Origin: Gammaproteobacteria bacterium
GTDB taxonomy: Bacteria; Pseudomonadota; Gammaproteobacteria; Eutrophobiales; Eutrophobiaceae
Assembly: GCA_965207165.1 (NCBI GenBank)
Contig: OZ242265.1
Location: 278,415 to 342,414, forward strand
Direction: 5' to 3'
DNA length: 64,000 nucleotides
This document shows positions 48,558-59,984 of the stretch, piece after piece. The notes below the pieces were generated by a model that ran no database searches, had not been told where the DNA came from, and saw only the letters and a list, made by a program, of their open reading frames with translations. Each line of letters opens with the position of its first letter. The first letter of the stretch is position 1. The position numbers and the translations under genes are program-made.

Positions 48558-50219
48558 ATGACTGAGTCAGTACAACGCGAATCCATGGAATATGACGTGG
48601 TCATTGTCGGCGGCGGCCCGGCAGGACTGGCCACAGCCATCCATCTCAAGACACTGGCGCAACAGATGGAACGGGACATCAGTGTGTGCCTGCTGGAAAA
48701 AGGTTCCGAGATCGGGGCCCACATTCTTTCCGGCGCCGTGGTCGAGACGCGCGCCCTGGACGAACTGATTCCTGACTGGAAACAGCGGGGGGCGCCATTA
48801 AATACACCAGTCAGTAAGGACCTTATGTATTTCCTGACCGGCGAAAAGTCCGCCATCAGGGTTCCCGGCCCCTTCGTACCGGCAAGCATGCATAACCGGG
48901 GTAATTATATCGTCAGCCTGGGGAATGTTTGCCGCTGGCTGGCAGAGCAGGCGGAGGCGCTGGAGGTTGAGATATATCCCGGATTCGCGGCCACTGAAAT
49001 CCTCTTCGATGAAGCAGGAAGCGTGGCAGGCGTTGCAACGGGAGATATGGGCATATCCGCAGCGGGACAGCATAAGGATACCTTTGAACCGGGCATGGAA
49101 CTGCGCGCCGGGTATACCGTTTTTGCGGAGGGCAGCCGGGGGCACCTGGGCAGGCAGCTCATCGACCGCTACAAGCTGGACGCGGACTGCGACCCGCAAC
49201 ATTACGGCCTGGGCATCAAGGAACTGTGGGAGGTCGCTCCGGAGAACTTCCAGGCAGGCCTGGTGGTGCACGGTTCGGGCTGGCCTTTGACCAGTGAGGC
49301 GTCCGGCGGTTTTTTCCTTTATCACCTGGACCAGAACCAGGTTGTAGTGGGATTGATCATAGACCTGAATTACTCCAACCCGTACATCAGTCCTTTTGAT
49401 GAGTTTCAACATTTCAAACACCACCCCGTGGTGGCGAAAACCCTGTCCGGAGGCAGCCGCCTGGCATACGGCGCCCGGTCAATCACCAAGGGCGGATTGA
49501 ATTCACTGCCGAAAATGTCCATGCCCGGCGCATTGCTCGTCGGGTGTGATGCGGGGACGCTGAATTTTGCCAAGATCAAGGGTACCCACACAGCCATGAA
49601 ATCGGGCATGGTGGCTGCAGAAACCCTGATGGCGGAACTCAATGCGGAAGGAGCGGGCGGCAAGGACCTGGTTGCCTATCGCGAGAATTTCCTTGCTTCC
49701 TGGGCTCACAGCGATATCTACCGGTCACGGAATTTCGGCTCAGCCCTGCACAAACTCGGAATGTACCTGGGTGCCGCATTCAACCTGTTCGACCAGTCAG
49801 TCTTGTCCGGCAGGTTCCCGCTGACCCTGCATGACAGGAAGGCGGACAACGAATGCCTGAAACCGGCCGCGGACTGCAAGGAAATCAACTATCCGAAACC
49901 GGATGGCGTACTGAGTTTTGACAAACTCTCCTCAGTATTCATTTCCAACACCAACCACGAAGAGGACCAGCCCTGCCATCTGACGCTGAAGGACGACAAG
50001 GCCCCTGTTGAGACGAATTTAAAGCTGTACGCTGCGCCCGAGCAGCGCTACTGCCCGGCAGGCGTTTACGAGATTGTCACCCAGGACAATCATCCGCGGC
50101 TGCAGATCAATGCCCAGAACTGCGTGCATTGCAAAACCTGTGATATCAAGGACCCCACCCAGAACATCACCTGGGTTGCCCCCGAAGGCGGGGGAGGACC
50201 GAACTATCCGGGGATGTGA
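48558..50219 (+). CDS. Electron transfer flavoprotein-ubiquinone oxidoreductase
   Basis: GGGPAG FAD motif, GAHILSGA, KIKGTHTAMKSG and CPAGVYE..CVHCKTC Fe-S motif. Confidence 0.97.
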   Translation: MTESVQRESMEYDVVIVGGGPAGLATAIHLKTLAQQMERDISVCLLEKGSEIGAHILSGAVVETRALDELIPDWKQRGAPLNTPVSKDLMYFLTGEKSAIRVPGPFVPASMHNRGNYIVSLGNVCRWLAEQAEALEVEIYPGFAATEILFDEAGSVAGVATGDMGISAAGQHKDTFEPGMELRAGYTVFAEGSRGHLGRQLIDRYKLDADCDPQHYGLGIKELWEVAPENFQAGLVVHGSGWPLTSEASGGFFLYHLDQNQVVVGLIIDLNYSNPYISPFDEFQHFKHHPVVAKTLSGGSRLAYGARSITKGGLNSLPKMSMPGALLVGCDAGTLNFAKIKGTHTAMKSGMVAAETLMAELNAEGAGGKDLVAYRENFLASWAHSDIYRSRNFGSALHKLGMYLGAAFNLFDQSVLSGRFPLTLHDRKADNECLKPAADCKEINYPKPDGVLSFDKLSSVFISNTNHEEDQPCHLTLKDDKAPVETNLKLYAAPEQRYCPAGVYEIVTQDNHPRLQINAQNCVHCKTCDIKDPTQNITWVAPEGGGGPNYPGM

Positions 50220-50221
50220 TT

Positions 50222-50302
50222 CAATTAGGAATTACGAATTAGGAATTACGAATTATAAGGAGGACTCCTAATTCCTAATTCCTAATTCGTAATTCGTAAT
50301 TG
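50222..50302. repeat. Inverted heptamer array hairpin (AATTA[G/C]G)x~5 / (AATTC[C/G]T)x4; probable bidirectional terminator
   Basis: Lies between convergent genes; same heptamer family as 19600-19761. Confidence 0.9.
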
Positions 50303-50307
50303 TCATG

Positions 50308-51267
50308 TCACTCCCACTCCAGTTCGGCAAAGGCTTTGGTGACGTTACGCCTGTGGTTCTGCTCATGCAGCAGCCACCTGGTTTTTTCCTCCTTGCCGAC
50401 GTTTTCCACCACGTCTTCCATGAACGTCCCCTTGTTGATTTCACTCCTGGTATCGTTTAACAGCATAGCAAGGTAATCGTCCTGTGCGCTTGCCGCTTCC
50501 GGCCAGGGCATGGTTATCGGACCGTGCCCGGGTATGACGTGATTCGCCTCCAGTGATTTCAGTTTTTCCATGGTCTTCAGCCAGCCCTTCAGGCTGGCGT
50601 CCAGGACCGGTATTCTGTCGATAAAAAGCAGGTCGGAGAGCCACAGGGTCCCGGTTTTTTTGTCGTAAACCGACAAGTCGGTATAGGAGTGGGACGGGGG
50701 GTGCGCCGTGAGCGTAATTACCCGGTTGCCAAGGTCCAGGTCCAGTTCACCGGAAACCGCGATATCAGGGCCGATAATAGAACCGTCCCCGGGGTTTTCT
50801 CCCAGATCGGCAGTAAATTCAGACAGAAAGAATGGACGGTTATACTCCATTTCCTGGACCAGGTTTTCGTGGCCGACAAAGCTGGCCTGATCGTCTTTGA
50901 AGGCAGCGTTGCCCAGTACGTGGTCGTAGTGGATGTGGGTATTGATTACGTAACAGACGGGGAGGGAAGATATTGTTCTTACGGCTTCCCTGAGCTTGCC
51001 GCCAATATCGATGGAGCCACCCGTATCTATAACCGCGATACATTCATCCCCGATGATAAAGCCGATGTTGGCGATATCGTCGTGGTCAGCATGCTCCAGT
51101 TCAACGTGTTTGCCCTGGTGGACGTAAATCCCCTCGCTGATCTCGGTCAGGTTGAACGCCGCATTGTTGCCGGGAGAAGCACAGGTAATGCTGCCCAGCA
51201 ATACCAGCGGCAACCATGCCCAGGAGAACGTACAGGCTGATTTCAAGGTGTATGGGTTAACGTTCAT
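50308..51267 (-). CDS. Periplasmic MBL-fold metallohydrolase (SoxH-like / quinoprotein relay-type)
   Basis: ANIGFIIG..VIDTGG, NTHIHYDHVLGN, SHSYTDL and IPGHG motifs, ending in AELEWE; start uncertain. Confidence 0.85.
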   Translation of the reverse strand: MNVNPYTLKSACTFSWAWLPLVLLGSITCASPGNNAAFNLTEISEGIYVHQGKHVELEHADHDDIANIGFIIGDECIAVIDTGGSIDIGGKLREAVRTISSLPVCYVINTHIHYDHVLGNAAFKDDQASFVGHENLVQEMEYNRPFFLSEFTADLGENPGDGSIIGPDIAVSGELDLDLGNRVITLTAHPPSHSYTDLSVYDKKTGTLWLSDLLFIDRIPVLDASLKGWLKTMEKLKSLEANHVIPGHGPITMPWPEAASAQDDYLAMLLNDTRSEINKGTFMEDVVENVGKEEKTRWLLHEQNHRRNVTKAFAELEWE

Positions 51268-51420
51268 TGATCTTTTCACGCCGGTTAATATAGTCATCAG
51301 GCACCAATACGGCACGCTGTTAATCATAAGCAACATTTTGCTTGTAGTCTTTAGAAATTTAGACTAACTTTAAGTTGTGTTCTATTCAATTCGATTTTAC
51401 CTAACCTTCCGGAGGATTTT

Positions 51421-51648
51421 ATGTTCGAATATGAGCAGGAGATCGTCAATGTATTACTGAGTGAAAATGAAAATTTTAAGCGACTGCATTCAAGACATGG
51501 CGAATTGAAGGAGAAAGTAAAGGATGCCAATTCAGGAATTGCGCCATTGGATGGGTACGTGTTGGATAACCTGAAAAAAGAAAAATTGCACGTTAAGGAT
51601 CAAATGGCGGCTATCATAAATCATTATCGTCAAAACCGCCTCAACTGA
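51421..51648 (+). CDS. YdcH/DUF465-family small coiled-coil protein
   Basis: MFEYE...FKRL...LKKEKLHVKDQ; GGAGG RBS. Confidence 0.85.
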   Translation: MFEYEQEIVNVLLSENENFKRLHSRHGELKEKVKDANSGIAPLDGYVLDNLKKEKLHVKDQMAAIINHYRQNRLN

Positions 51649-51694
51649 GCTTCCCGCGACAATAGTCAAATAATAAAAACCCGCTTGTATGAAC

Positions 51695-51719
51695 AACCCC
51701 GCAACTGCGGGGTTTTTTT
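51695..51719 (+). terminator. Rho-independent terminator
   Basis: CCCCGCA-AC-TGCGGGG hairpin followed by T7. Confidence 0.88.
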
Positions 51720-52503
51720 ATACCAGCGCCAGCCGCCCGCCAATGAGCAGCAGCATCAAGGCAAGCAGCATACGCATGAGTTTTTCCGGCAACTGCACGC
51801 CGGTATGGCTGCCCAGGTAGATGCCCGGAAGCGAACCGATTATCAGGCTGAGCAGTAACTGGAAATCCACTGATCCCAGGTGCCAGTGGCCCAGACCCGC
51901 TATGGCGGTAATGGGGATCGCGTGGGCGAGGTCCGTACCGACGATCCTGACGGTGCTGAACCTCGGGTAGAGAAAAAACAGAAATGCCGCGCCGAGAGCG
52001 CCGGCCCCGACCGAAGAGAGGGTCACCAGTACGCCGATGATTACACCGGCAAGGATCGTCATCGGAGTACGCAATTTCCTGTGAATTGTACGTATAAACT
52101 GGAATGGCTCAGTTCGGCCCAGGGACTGTAACCGGCCTTTAAACAGGATGACCAGGGACGTCAGGATCAGGGCGATACTCAGCATGGAGGTAATGATGGG
52201 TTCATAGTTGATACCCATGTTCGCCAGTTGTTTAAGTATGAATACGGCGGCCAGCGTAGCCGGGATACTGCCGGTGGATAATAACCTGACCACCCTCCAG
52301 TCAATAGTCCCCTGTTTCTGGTGGGGGAAAATACCACCTGCCTTGGTAATTGCAGCATATAACAGGTCGGTACCGACCGCTATCGATGGTTTAATGCTGA
52401 ATACCAGCACAAGGATGGGCGTCATCAGGGAGCCGCCGCCCACTCCGGTAAGACCAATAATGAAACCGACGACAAACCCGGCGAAGGTAAAACCAATATC
52501 CAT
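51718..52503 (-). CDS. Sulfite exporter TauE/SafE family protein
   Basis: GLTGVGGGSLMTP, AVGTDL, SVGAGALG and VGTDLAHA motifs. Confidence 0.92.
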   Translation of the reverse strand: MDIGFTFAGFVVGFIIGLTGVGGGSLMTPILVLVFSIKPSIAVGTDLLYAAITKAGGIFPHQKQGTIDWRVVRLLSTGSIPATLAAVFILKQLANMGINYEPIITSMLSIALILTSLVILFKGRLQSLGRTEPFQFIRTIHRKLRTPMTILAGVIIGVLVTLSSVGAGALGAAFLFFLYPRFSTVRIVGTDLAHAIPITAIAGLGHWHLGSVDFQLLLSLIIGSLPGIYLGSHTGVQLPEKLMRMLLALMLLLIGGRLALV

Positions 52504-52618
52504 CAGAACAACGAAAATACCCGCATTCAAGAAAAGGATGCCAGTCTAAGCGCATTCATCTATACTTAAAAGTAATTATTTCCCATATTTTTAGAACTGA
52601 ACGTCATAAGAAACCTGA

Positions 52619-53611
<993 letters not shown>

Positions 53612-53681
53612 ATAAATGCGCAGTCGCCGGACCGCAGCGCGCTGTCGGCAGTGAGTTTCTTTAAGAAAGTGACATACAGCG

Positions 53682-54410
53682 TTATCCGCTGTTGCCGGAA
53701 TTACCTGCGTGCAGGCCGCATTCCTTCTTGGTTGCCTCTTCCCACCACCAGCGGCCGGCGCGCTCATGCTGGTTAGGCAATACCGGACGGGTGCAGGGTT
53801 CGCAACCGATACTGATATAACCCCTGTTATGCAACTCGTTGTACGGTACTCCATTTTCCCGGATATAGGTCCAGACCTGCTCCGAAGTCCAGTTCGCCAG
53901 GGGGTTGAATTTATACAGCGTATGACCGTCAGACGAGAATGCAGCGTCGGCCTCAATCACGGGCACGTTCGCCCTGGTCGGACTCTGGTCTTTACGCTGG
54001 CCTGTAATCCAGGCGTCAACAGTATGCAGTTTCCGGCGTAGTGGTACGATTTTACGAACCCCGCAGCACTCCTTGTGTCCGTCCTTGTAGAAACTGTAGA
54101 GGCCTTTTTCCCTGACGAATTTGTCCAGTTGTGCGGTATCAGGCGACAATACTTCCAGTTTGATGTTATAGCGTTCCCTGACCTGTTCCAGAAAACGGTA
54201 GGTCTCGATGTGCAGGCGGCCCGTATCCAGGGAGAACACCTGGAGGTCCGGGTTTATCCGGCTCGCCATATCGACGAGCACCACATCTTCCGCGCCGCTG
54301 AAAGAGATGGCTATGTTGTGAAAATTCCGGTAGGCAAAATCCAGTACTTCATCCGGGCCTTTATCCCTGAGTGTCCTGGCATGAGCTTCAATGTCAAATG
54401 TATTGGTCAT
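53682..54410 (-). CDS. cysH: APS/PAPS reductase (Fe-S APS-reductase type)
   Basis: [28 protein letters not shown] and ECGLH motifs; the CC and CxxC pairs indicate a [4Fe-4S] APS reductase. Confidence 0.95.
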   Translation of the reverse strand: MTNTFDIEAHARTLRDKGPDEVLDFAYRNFHNIAISFSGAEDVVLVDMASRINPDLQVFSLDTGRLHIETYRFLEQVRERYNIKLEVLSPDTAQLDKFVREKGLYSFYKDGHKECCGVRKIVPLRRKLHTVDAWITGQRKDQSPTRANVPVIEADAAFSSDGHTLYKFNPLANWTSEQVWTYIRENGVPYNELHNRGYISIGCEPCTRPVLPNQHERAGRWWWEEATKKECGLHAGNSGNSG

Positions 54411-54505
54411 AATGTAGTCCGAAGGATTGCTTCCCGGAGCGGGAAATACCCTTAAAAGGCGGCTACACTAGCAACAATACTTATTCCAATCAATAATAAC
54501 TAATT

Positions 54506-55264
54506 CTATTTATATAGCTTTTTGATATAAGACGCGTTAAGTGTCGTGTTTTTATCCCGGCTCACCCATTGCATCTCTATCTGATCTATCAGTCTTTCCC
54601 ATAAGGATGCAGGGTCGTCGGTGAATACCAGGCTGTTATCGGAGCTGAATAAATGCCAGCCTTCGCGCAGGAGTTCCTGTTCCAGTTGACCCGGATACCA
54701 GCCGGCATAACCCGCGTACAAACGAACGCGAAACTGTCCTGTTTCCTGTTCCAGTAAGTCCCGCACGCCCCGCAGGTCCGAGATTTGAAAAATGTTGTCG
54801 ACAACATGGTAATGACCGTCAAGGCCGGCATCGCTTTGTACCAGCAGACGCAGGCTGCTCAGCCTGACCGGCCCGCCGAGGTAAAGATTGTATGAAGCAA
54901 GGCCCAGATCCTTTAACTGGGGCAGTATTTCTGCAGCAGGATTATCCAGCGGACGGTTCAGGACGAGACCGACGGTTCCCGTTTCCTCGTATTCCGTGAT
55001 CAACAGCACCGTGTTGGAAAAGTTGGGGTCCGTCATTGACTTCCGGGCAACCAGGAGAACTCCCCGGGCAAGCCTGACCTGTTGATTTATTCCGGGCGTT
55101 TCCTGTTTCAGCGAGTAGTAATCGGCCTGGCGCATCAAGTGCCCGGCCTGTTCTGCCTGGATCACCATACTCACGCCCGGCAGCAGGAGGAATACCAAAA
55201 AAGCCGCCACTACGCGACGGAGTTTCCTGCCTGGCAGTATGGTACCTGTAAATTTATGATACAT
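54506..55264 (-). CDS. YqgE/AlgH (DUF179) protein with N-terminal hydrophobic extension
   Basis: DPNFSNTVLL, GLVLNRP, LYLGGPV and GYAGWYPGQLEQE motifs; start uncertain (55264 or 55312). Confidence 0.85.
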   Translation of the reverse strand: MYHKFTGTILPGRKLRRVVAAFLVFLLLPGVSMVIQAEQAGHLMRQADYYSLKQETPGINQQVRLARGVLLVARKSMTDPNFSNTVLLITEYEETGTVGLVLNRPLDNPAAEILPQLKDLGLASYNLYLGGPVRLSSLRLLVQSDAGLDGHYHVVDNIFQISDLRGVRDLLEQETGQFRVRLYAGYAGWYPGQLEQELLREGWHLFSSDNSLVFTDDPASLWERLIDQIEMQWVSRDKNTTLNASYIKKLYK

Positions 55265-55318
55265 TTCGATTCCCAGCCACCCGGTGGCCATAAAATTTAT
55301 TATAGGTAACATTCAGCT

Positions 55319-56191
55319 ATGTACAAGACGTTAATTGATGCGCAAACCCTGTTCAGGCATCTTTCCGGGCCCGACTGGTCAATTGTGGATTGCCGGTATG
55401 ACCTGGTGGATAAAGACGCGGGCTATCAATCCTACCTGTCGGGACATATACCCGGCGCCGTATATGCCGACCTGCACAGGGACCTCAGCGGCAAGCCTGC
55501 TACCGATTGCGGCAGGCATCCCGTACCGGCACCCGGGGAGTTGGCGCTAAAAGTAACCGCGCTGGGGATAGCCGCTCATAAACAGGTGGTAGCGTATGAT
55601 AATTCCGGCGGTACATTTGCCGCACGCCTGTGGTGGCTGTTGAACTATGCCGGTCATGACCGGGTGGCGGTTCTGGACGGAGGCCTGGATGCGTGGAACC
55701 AGGAAGGTTACCAATTGGAAACCGGAGAGAACCGGGCCGAAGCAGGGAGTTTCAACGCCGTCCCTGATGCAGGGGCCCTGGTCAGGTTGAACGAAGTGGA
55801 AACTGTTCCGCGCCTGGTGGATTCACGCGAGCCTGACAGGTATGCCGGCAAAGCGGAGCCTGTTGATTCGGTTGCCGGGCACATACCCGGCGCGCTAAAC
55901 CATCACTGGAAAAACAATCTCGACGAGCATGGAAGATTCTTGCCGCCGGAGCGCCTGCGGCAGGGATTTCAGGAGGTGTATGCCGGTGTGCGCGCGCATG
56001 AGATCGCGTTTTACTGCGGCTCAGGTGTTTCCGCCTGTCATAACCTGCTGGCGGCGGTCCATGCCGGCCACCCGCTTCCCAGGTTGTATGCCGGATCGTG
56101 GAGTGAATGGTCCTCGGACCCGTCGCGGCCCGTTGCAGTCGGTACCGAGGGTTTGCCTGTGCCGGACAGCCACGTTGGATCCGGTGAATAA
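55319..56191 (+). CDS. sseA: Tandem-rhodanese sulfurtransferase (SseA/3-MST-like)
   Basis: GHIPGA twice, AARLWW, YCGSGVSAC and LYAGSWSEW motifs. Confidence 0.9.
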   Translation: MYKTLIDAQTLFRHLSGPDWSIVDCRYDLVDKDAGYQSYLSGHIPGAVYADLHRDLSGKPATDCGRHPVPAPGELALKVTALGIAAHKQVVAYDNSGGTFAARLWWLLNYAGHDRVAVLDGGLDAWNQEGYQLETGENRAEAGSFNAVPDAGALVRLNEVETVPRLVDSREPDRYAGKAEPVDSVAGHIPGALNHHWKNNLDEHGRFLPPERLRQGFQEVYAGVRAHEIAFYCGSGVSACHNLLAAVHAGHPLPRLYAGSWSEWSSDPSRPVAVGTEGLPVPDSHVGSGE

Positions 56192-57152
56192 CATCACACT
56201 GTTAAGCTGTCTTCTGGATAACGAGTACCATTCGGGCAGCAGGCTGTCGGCACGCCTGGGGGTCAGCCGTACGGTTGTCTGGAAAGGGGTCAAGCAACTG
56301 CGGGGGTTTGGCCTGGCGATAGACGCCAGACACGGCAAGGGTTACCGCCTCCGGGATGAGATTGACCTGCTCGATGAGACGGAAATATTCAGGGAACCGG
56401 GCCTGTCTGCAAGCGGGTGCCGGCTTGACATCCTGTTTGACACCGCTTCAACCAACAAGTGTCTGACCGATCGCTTCGGTCAACCTGATCTGCATAAGCA
56501 TATCGTCCTTGCCGAAGGCCAGCACGGCGGCAAGGGGCGGCGCGGCAGAACCTGGGAATCTCCGTTCGCCAGGGGGCTGTACCTGTCCCTGGGCTGGCAT
56601 TTCGCACTGTCCCCGGCGTCGCTGAATGCCTTGTCGCTGGCATCGGGAGTGGCATTGGTACGGGCACTGAACGGACTGGGCTTGACCGGTATGTTACTCA
56701 AGTGGCCCAATGACCTGGTTTGCGCCGGCAAGAAAATGGGCGGCATACTGCTCGAGGCACGCAGTGAAACGGCGGCCTCCTGTGACGTGGTAATCGGTAT
56801 CGGTATCAATACCTGCCTGACGGAAGAGTTAAAATCCAGCCTGGACCAGCCGGTAACAGACCTGGCGAGTCATTATCAAAAACTGCCTGCAAGGAATACG
56901 CTCGCGGGGAAGGTCATCAAGGAGCAGTTGCTGATGTTAAACCAGGTAGCTGGCGGGAGAATGGAGGAATACGTGTCGGAATGGCGGGGTCTGGACTACC
57001 TGGCGGGCAGACAGGTGGAGTTGTTCATGCCGGGGCAGGTAATACCGGGCCGCGTCACAGGTGTGGATGATAACGGTCTGTTGCTGCTGGAGACCGCCAC
57101 CGGGATCGAAAAGTTCAGCAGCGGCGAAATTCGTGTGAGGGCAATAGATTGA
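56184..57152 (+). CDS. birA: Bifunctional biotin ligase/repressor BirA
   Basis: HTH SGSRLSARLGVSRTVVWK, STN, GKGRRGRTW, KWPND and KMGGILLE motifs; GTG at 56184 overlaps the upstream stop. Confidence 0.95.
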   Translation: MNNITLLSCLLDNEYHSGSRLSARLGVSRTVVWKGVKQLRGFGLAIDARHGKGYRLRDEIDLLDETEIFREPGLSASGCRLDILFDTASTNKCLTDRFGQPDLHKHIVLAEGQHGGKGRRGRTWESPFARGLYLSLGWHFALSPASLNALSLASGVALVRALNGLGLTGMLLKWPNDLVCAGKKMGGILLEARSETAASCDVVIGIGINTCLTEELKSSLDQPVTDLASHYQKLPARNTLAGKVIKEQLLMLNQVAGGRMEEYVSEWRGLDYLAGRQVELFMPGQVIPGRVTGVDDNGLLLLETATGIEKFSSGEIRVRAID

Positions 57153-57883
57153 AGTTGCTGGTCGATATCGGCAATACCCGGGTCAAATGGGCGTGCGCTG
57201 AGGGTGACATCCTGTCCGGCCATGACGGGTTTATGTACACGCGGGATACGCTTGCCGGATTGCTTGCAAGCCACTGGCATTCATTGGCGCAACCTGGGCA
57301 GGTGCGCATCGCCAGTGTGGCCGATACCGGAACAACCGCTGAAGTCCTGGTATATACCAGGAAGACGTGGTCTCTGGAACCGCGCCTGGCCGTGACCGAA
57401 AAGGAACGGGCAGGCCTTACCAACGGGTATGCGGAAGTGTCAGCCATGGGGGTGGACCGCTGGCTGGCGATGCTGGCAGCCTGGAGCAGGTATAAAAGAC
57501 CCGTTTGCGTCATTGACTGCGGCACCGCGATCACCGTTGATGTCATCCTGGGAGACGGCCGGCATGCAGGCGGTTTCATTCTCCCCGGCCTGGCGCTTGT
57601 GGCCTCGACCCTGGAACGGAAAACCCATGGTATTCAGGAACATCACGAAATGACCCCGGAACTGGAGTTCGGCCGTTCTACTTCGGACTGCATCAGTAAT
57701 GGTTTCGCTTTTGCGCTTGCAGGCCTGGTAGAACGGTGTGCAGCAAAAATCAGGGAAGAGGAAGGCGTTGAATTGCCGTTTGTTATTACGGGAGGGTGGG
57801 CCGAACAGGCGCTGCCATTCTTGCCCGGTCATTATTCCCATGAACCTCATATTGTCCTGGAGGGTCTCAGTCTCATTTCGTAG
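57149..57883 (+). CDS. coaX: Type III pantothenate kinase
   Basis: DIGNTRVKW, MGVDRW, IDCGTAITVD, GGFILPG and ITGG motifs; follows birA. Confidence 0.96.
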   Translation: MKLLVDIGNTRVKWACAEGDILSGHDGFMYTRDTLAGLLASHWHSLAQPGQVRIASVADTGTTAEVLVYTRKTWSLEPRLAVTEKERAGLTNGYAEVSAMGVDRWLAMLAAWSRYKRPVCVIDCGTAITVDVILGDGRHAGGFILPGLALVASTLERKTHGIQEHHEMTPELEFGRSTSDCISNGFAFALAGLVERCAAKIREEEGVELPFVITGGWAEQALPFLPGHYSHEPHIVLEGLSLIS

Positions 57884-58028
57884 CGATAGCGGATGCAGTC
57901 AATTGCCGCTGCATCCATGATGTCTGCCTGCAGCACGCACTGCTGCAACACCCAAGGAACAAAGCGGGAGGAAAAGTGGTCTAAGCAGGTGTAAACCGGT
58001 TTAAACCACTCTGCCGGAGAACGCCAAT

Positions 58029-58325
58029 ATGTTCGAGAAACGCAAAGACTTGTTGAAGTTCCTTGTCGTCGCAGAGACAGGCACAATCCTCACCGCCGCG
58101 GACAAGCTTTCCATGACACAACCGGCCTTGTCGCGCACCATTACCCGGCTCGAAGAGCAGTTCAAGGGTCAATTATTCGAACGGATACCTACCGGCGTCC
58201 GGCTTACGCAGTTCGGCAGCCAGGTTGCTGAACAGTCACGCCGTATCCTGCGGGAAATTGAACTTGCTGAGGAAAAGCAAATCCACCGTTTTATGCGTTC
58301 CAATCCTTTCCCTTGCATTCCCTAA
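58029..58325 (+). pseudogene. LysR-family regulator 5' fragment, truncated after the HTH and linker helix
   Basis: FLVVAETGTILTAADKLSMTQPALSRTITRLEE...LFER...LTQFG..ILREIELAEE; LysR likeness ends near 58273, where AT-richer att-arm sequence begins. Confidence 0.8.
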
Positions 58326-58414
58326 CTATTTGATATTATTATAAATGTGTTGTTGACGGTTATTTTTCCTTCCTGTACAGTTCCGTGTGTATCGTTGGAT
58401 CAATCGTAGGATCA
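58323..58414. other. Integrase attachment arm: IHF site (58323-58335) and 12-bp tandem arm-type repeats (58391-58414)
   Basis: Minus-strand TATCAAATAGTTA fits WATCAANNNNTTR; ATCGTTGGATCA/ATCGTAGGATCA is a direct repeat. Confidence 0.7.
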
Positions 58415-58426
58415 GGAGAAAATGAC

Positions 58427-59614
58427 ATGCAACAATTTACCGACGCAAAAGCCCGAAGATTAAGCGCCCCCGGCCTCCACACGGTGGACACGACGCTGTA
58501 TCTGAGAGTTACGGAGAGGGGTAAGTACTGGGTACAGCGAATCACCATTAAAGGCAAGCGCCACGATCTTGGCCTGGGTGCGTTTCCGGTCGTGAGTGTG
58601 GACGAGGCCCGGGAGACGGCATTCCAAAACCGGCGCCTCGTCCGCGCCGGCGGGGATCCGCTGGCGGAAAAGCGCAAGGCGCTGAAACCGGACTTTGAAG
58701 CGGCAGCCACGGCGTCTCTGGACACCCTGCGGCCGACATGGCGTAGCGGCAAGACTGAAAAGGACTGGCTGCGGTGCATGGACACTTATGTTCTCCCGCA
58801 TATCGGGCACAAGCGGATCGATCTGATCGACCGGGCGGATATTCTTAACATTCTGGTTCCCTTGTGGGCCAAAAAAAACGCAACGGCGCGCCGGTTGAGA
58901 GGCTGGATCAAGGCCGTTTTCTCATGGGCGCAGGCGTTCGGCCATATCGAGACTAACCTGGCTGCTGACGCCATCAGCGCGGTGCTTCCAAAGGGTGCTG
59001 GCAATACAAAGCATCGTAGGGCATTGAACCATACTGAGGTCAGGGACGCATTAGTCCAGACCGACAACGCGACGGCTTGCGACGCTGCGAAGCTGTGTCT
59101 GCGGTTTATCGCGTTAACAGCTGTCCGCAGCAACGAAGCACGGGCCGCACGCTGGAGTGAGATTGACCTTGATAACAAAACCTGGTCAATCCCGGCGGTA
59201 CGCATGAAATCGAACCGGGAGCATAGAGTGCCCTTGTCAGACCAGTCGATAGACATATTGGAAAAGGCCAGAGTGCTTCGGGACAAGTCAGATCTGGTTT
59301 TCCCGTCACCCATGAAACAGGGCAAGCCGTTAACCAATGCGACGATGATGCTGTTATTACAGAGGGCGGGGTTGGCTGACAGGGCGACCGTTCACGGGTT
59401 GAGGTCGTCATTCCGTGACTGGTGTGCTGAAAGCGGCAAGGACCGCCAATTGGCGGAGATGGCCCTGGCGCACGTGGTGCCGGGTGTTGAAGGCAGTTAT
59501 TTCAGATCTGACCTGTTTGCACGGCGCGAGCGTCTTATGCAGCAATGGGCGGATTATATCACCGGAGCGGGTCCGGCGAAGGTGGTGAGGTTGAATTCAG
59601 GCAGAAACCCTTAA
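58427..59614 (+). CDS. P4-like tyrosine integrase with arm-binding domain
   Basis: LYLRV..GKYW...LGLGAFPVVSVDEAR arm domain; catalytic R (AVRSNE), K, HGLR, LAH and Y all present; AGGAG RBS before ATG 58427. Confidence 0.95.
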   Translation: MQQFTDAKARRLSAPGLHTVDTTLYLRVTERGKYWVQRITIKGKRHDLGLGAFPVVSVDEARETAFQNRRLVRAGGDPLAEKRKALKPDFEAAATASLDTLRPTWRSGKTEKDWLRCMDTYVLPHIGHKRIDLIDRADILNILVPLWAKKNATARRLRGWIKAVFSWAQAFGHIETNLAADAISAVLPKGAGNTKHRRALNHTEVRDALVQTDNATACDAAKLCLRFIALTAVRSNEARAARWSEIDLDNKTWSIPAVRMKSNREHRVPLSDQSIDILEKARVLRDKSDLVFPSPMKQGKPLTNATMMLLLQRAGLADRATVHGLRSSFRDWCAESGKDRQLAEMALAHVVPGVEGSYFRSDLFARRERLMQQWADYITGAGPAKVVRLNSGRNP

Positions 59615-59984
59615 CCAAAACGACACTATCGGGATCGCCGTTACCGGAATTCAGGGTTGGTGCCGAGAGTACATCTATAGCATCGCCCTGCGCTTTGAGC
59701 ACATGGATTGGATTGAGGTAATGTAAGTTGAGCAGGCGATTGAATGAATCGGCGGCTTTGTAGCCGTCTTCATGGCCACTGTGCCGGGAAGGCATTGGCA
59801 AGTGTAGTGCTTGCAGACGCAAGGACTGGCCGGTTCAATGAAGTGACCAAGCATCCAGACCCAATTGTCGTTGCTAGTGTTAATACAGGACTGGGTTCAG
59901 GTTGGTTTGCCATGAATCAGAGCCGCGACATTGTTGCAAGTAGTAGCAGGTTCCCAACAATTCAAACACACAATATGGGTTTCG

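Noticed and set aside
57884-58028. tRNA expected after birA-coaX and as the integrase target
   Set aside because: No cloverleaf or T-loop GTTCGA motif; only a short GGATGCAG/CTGCATCC hairpin.
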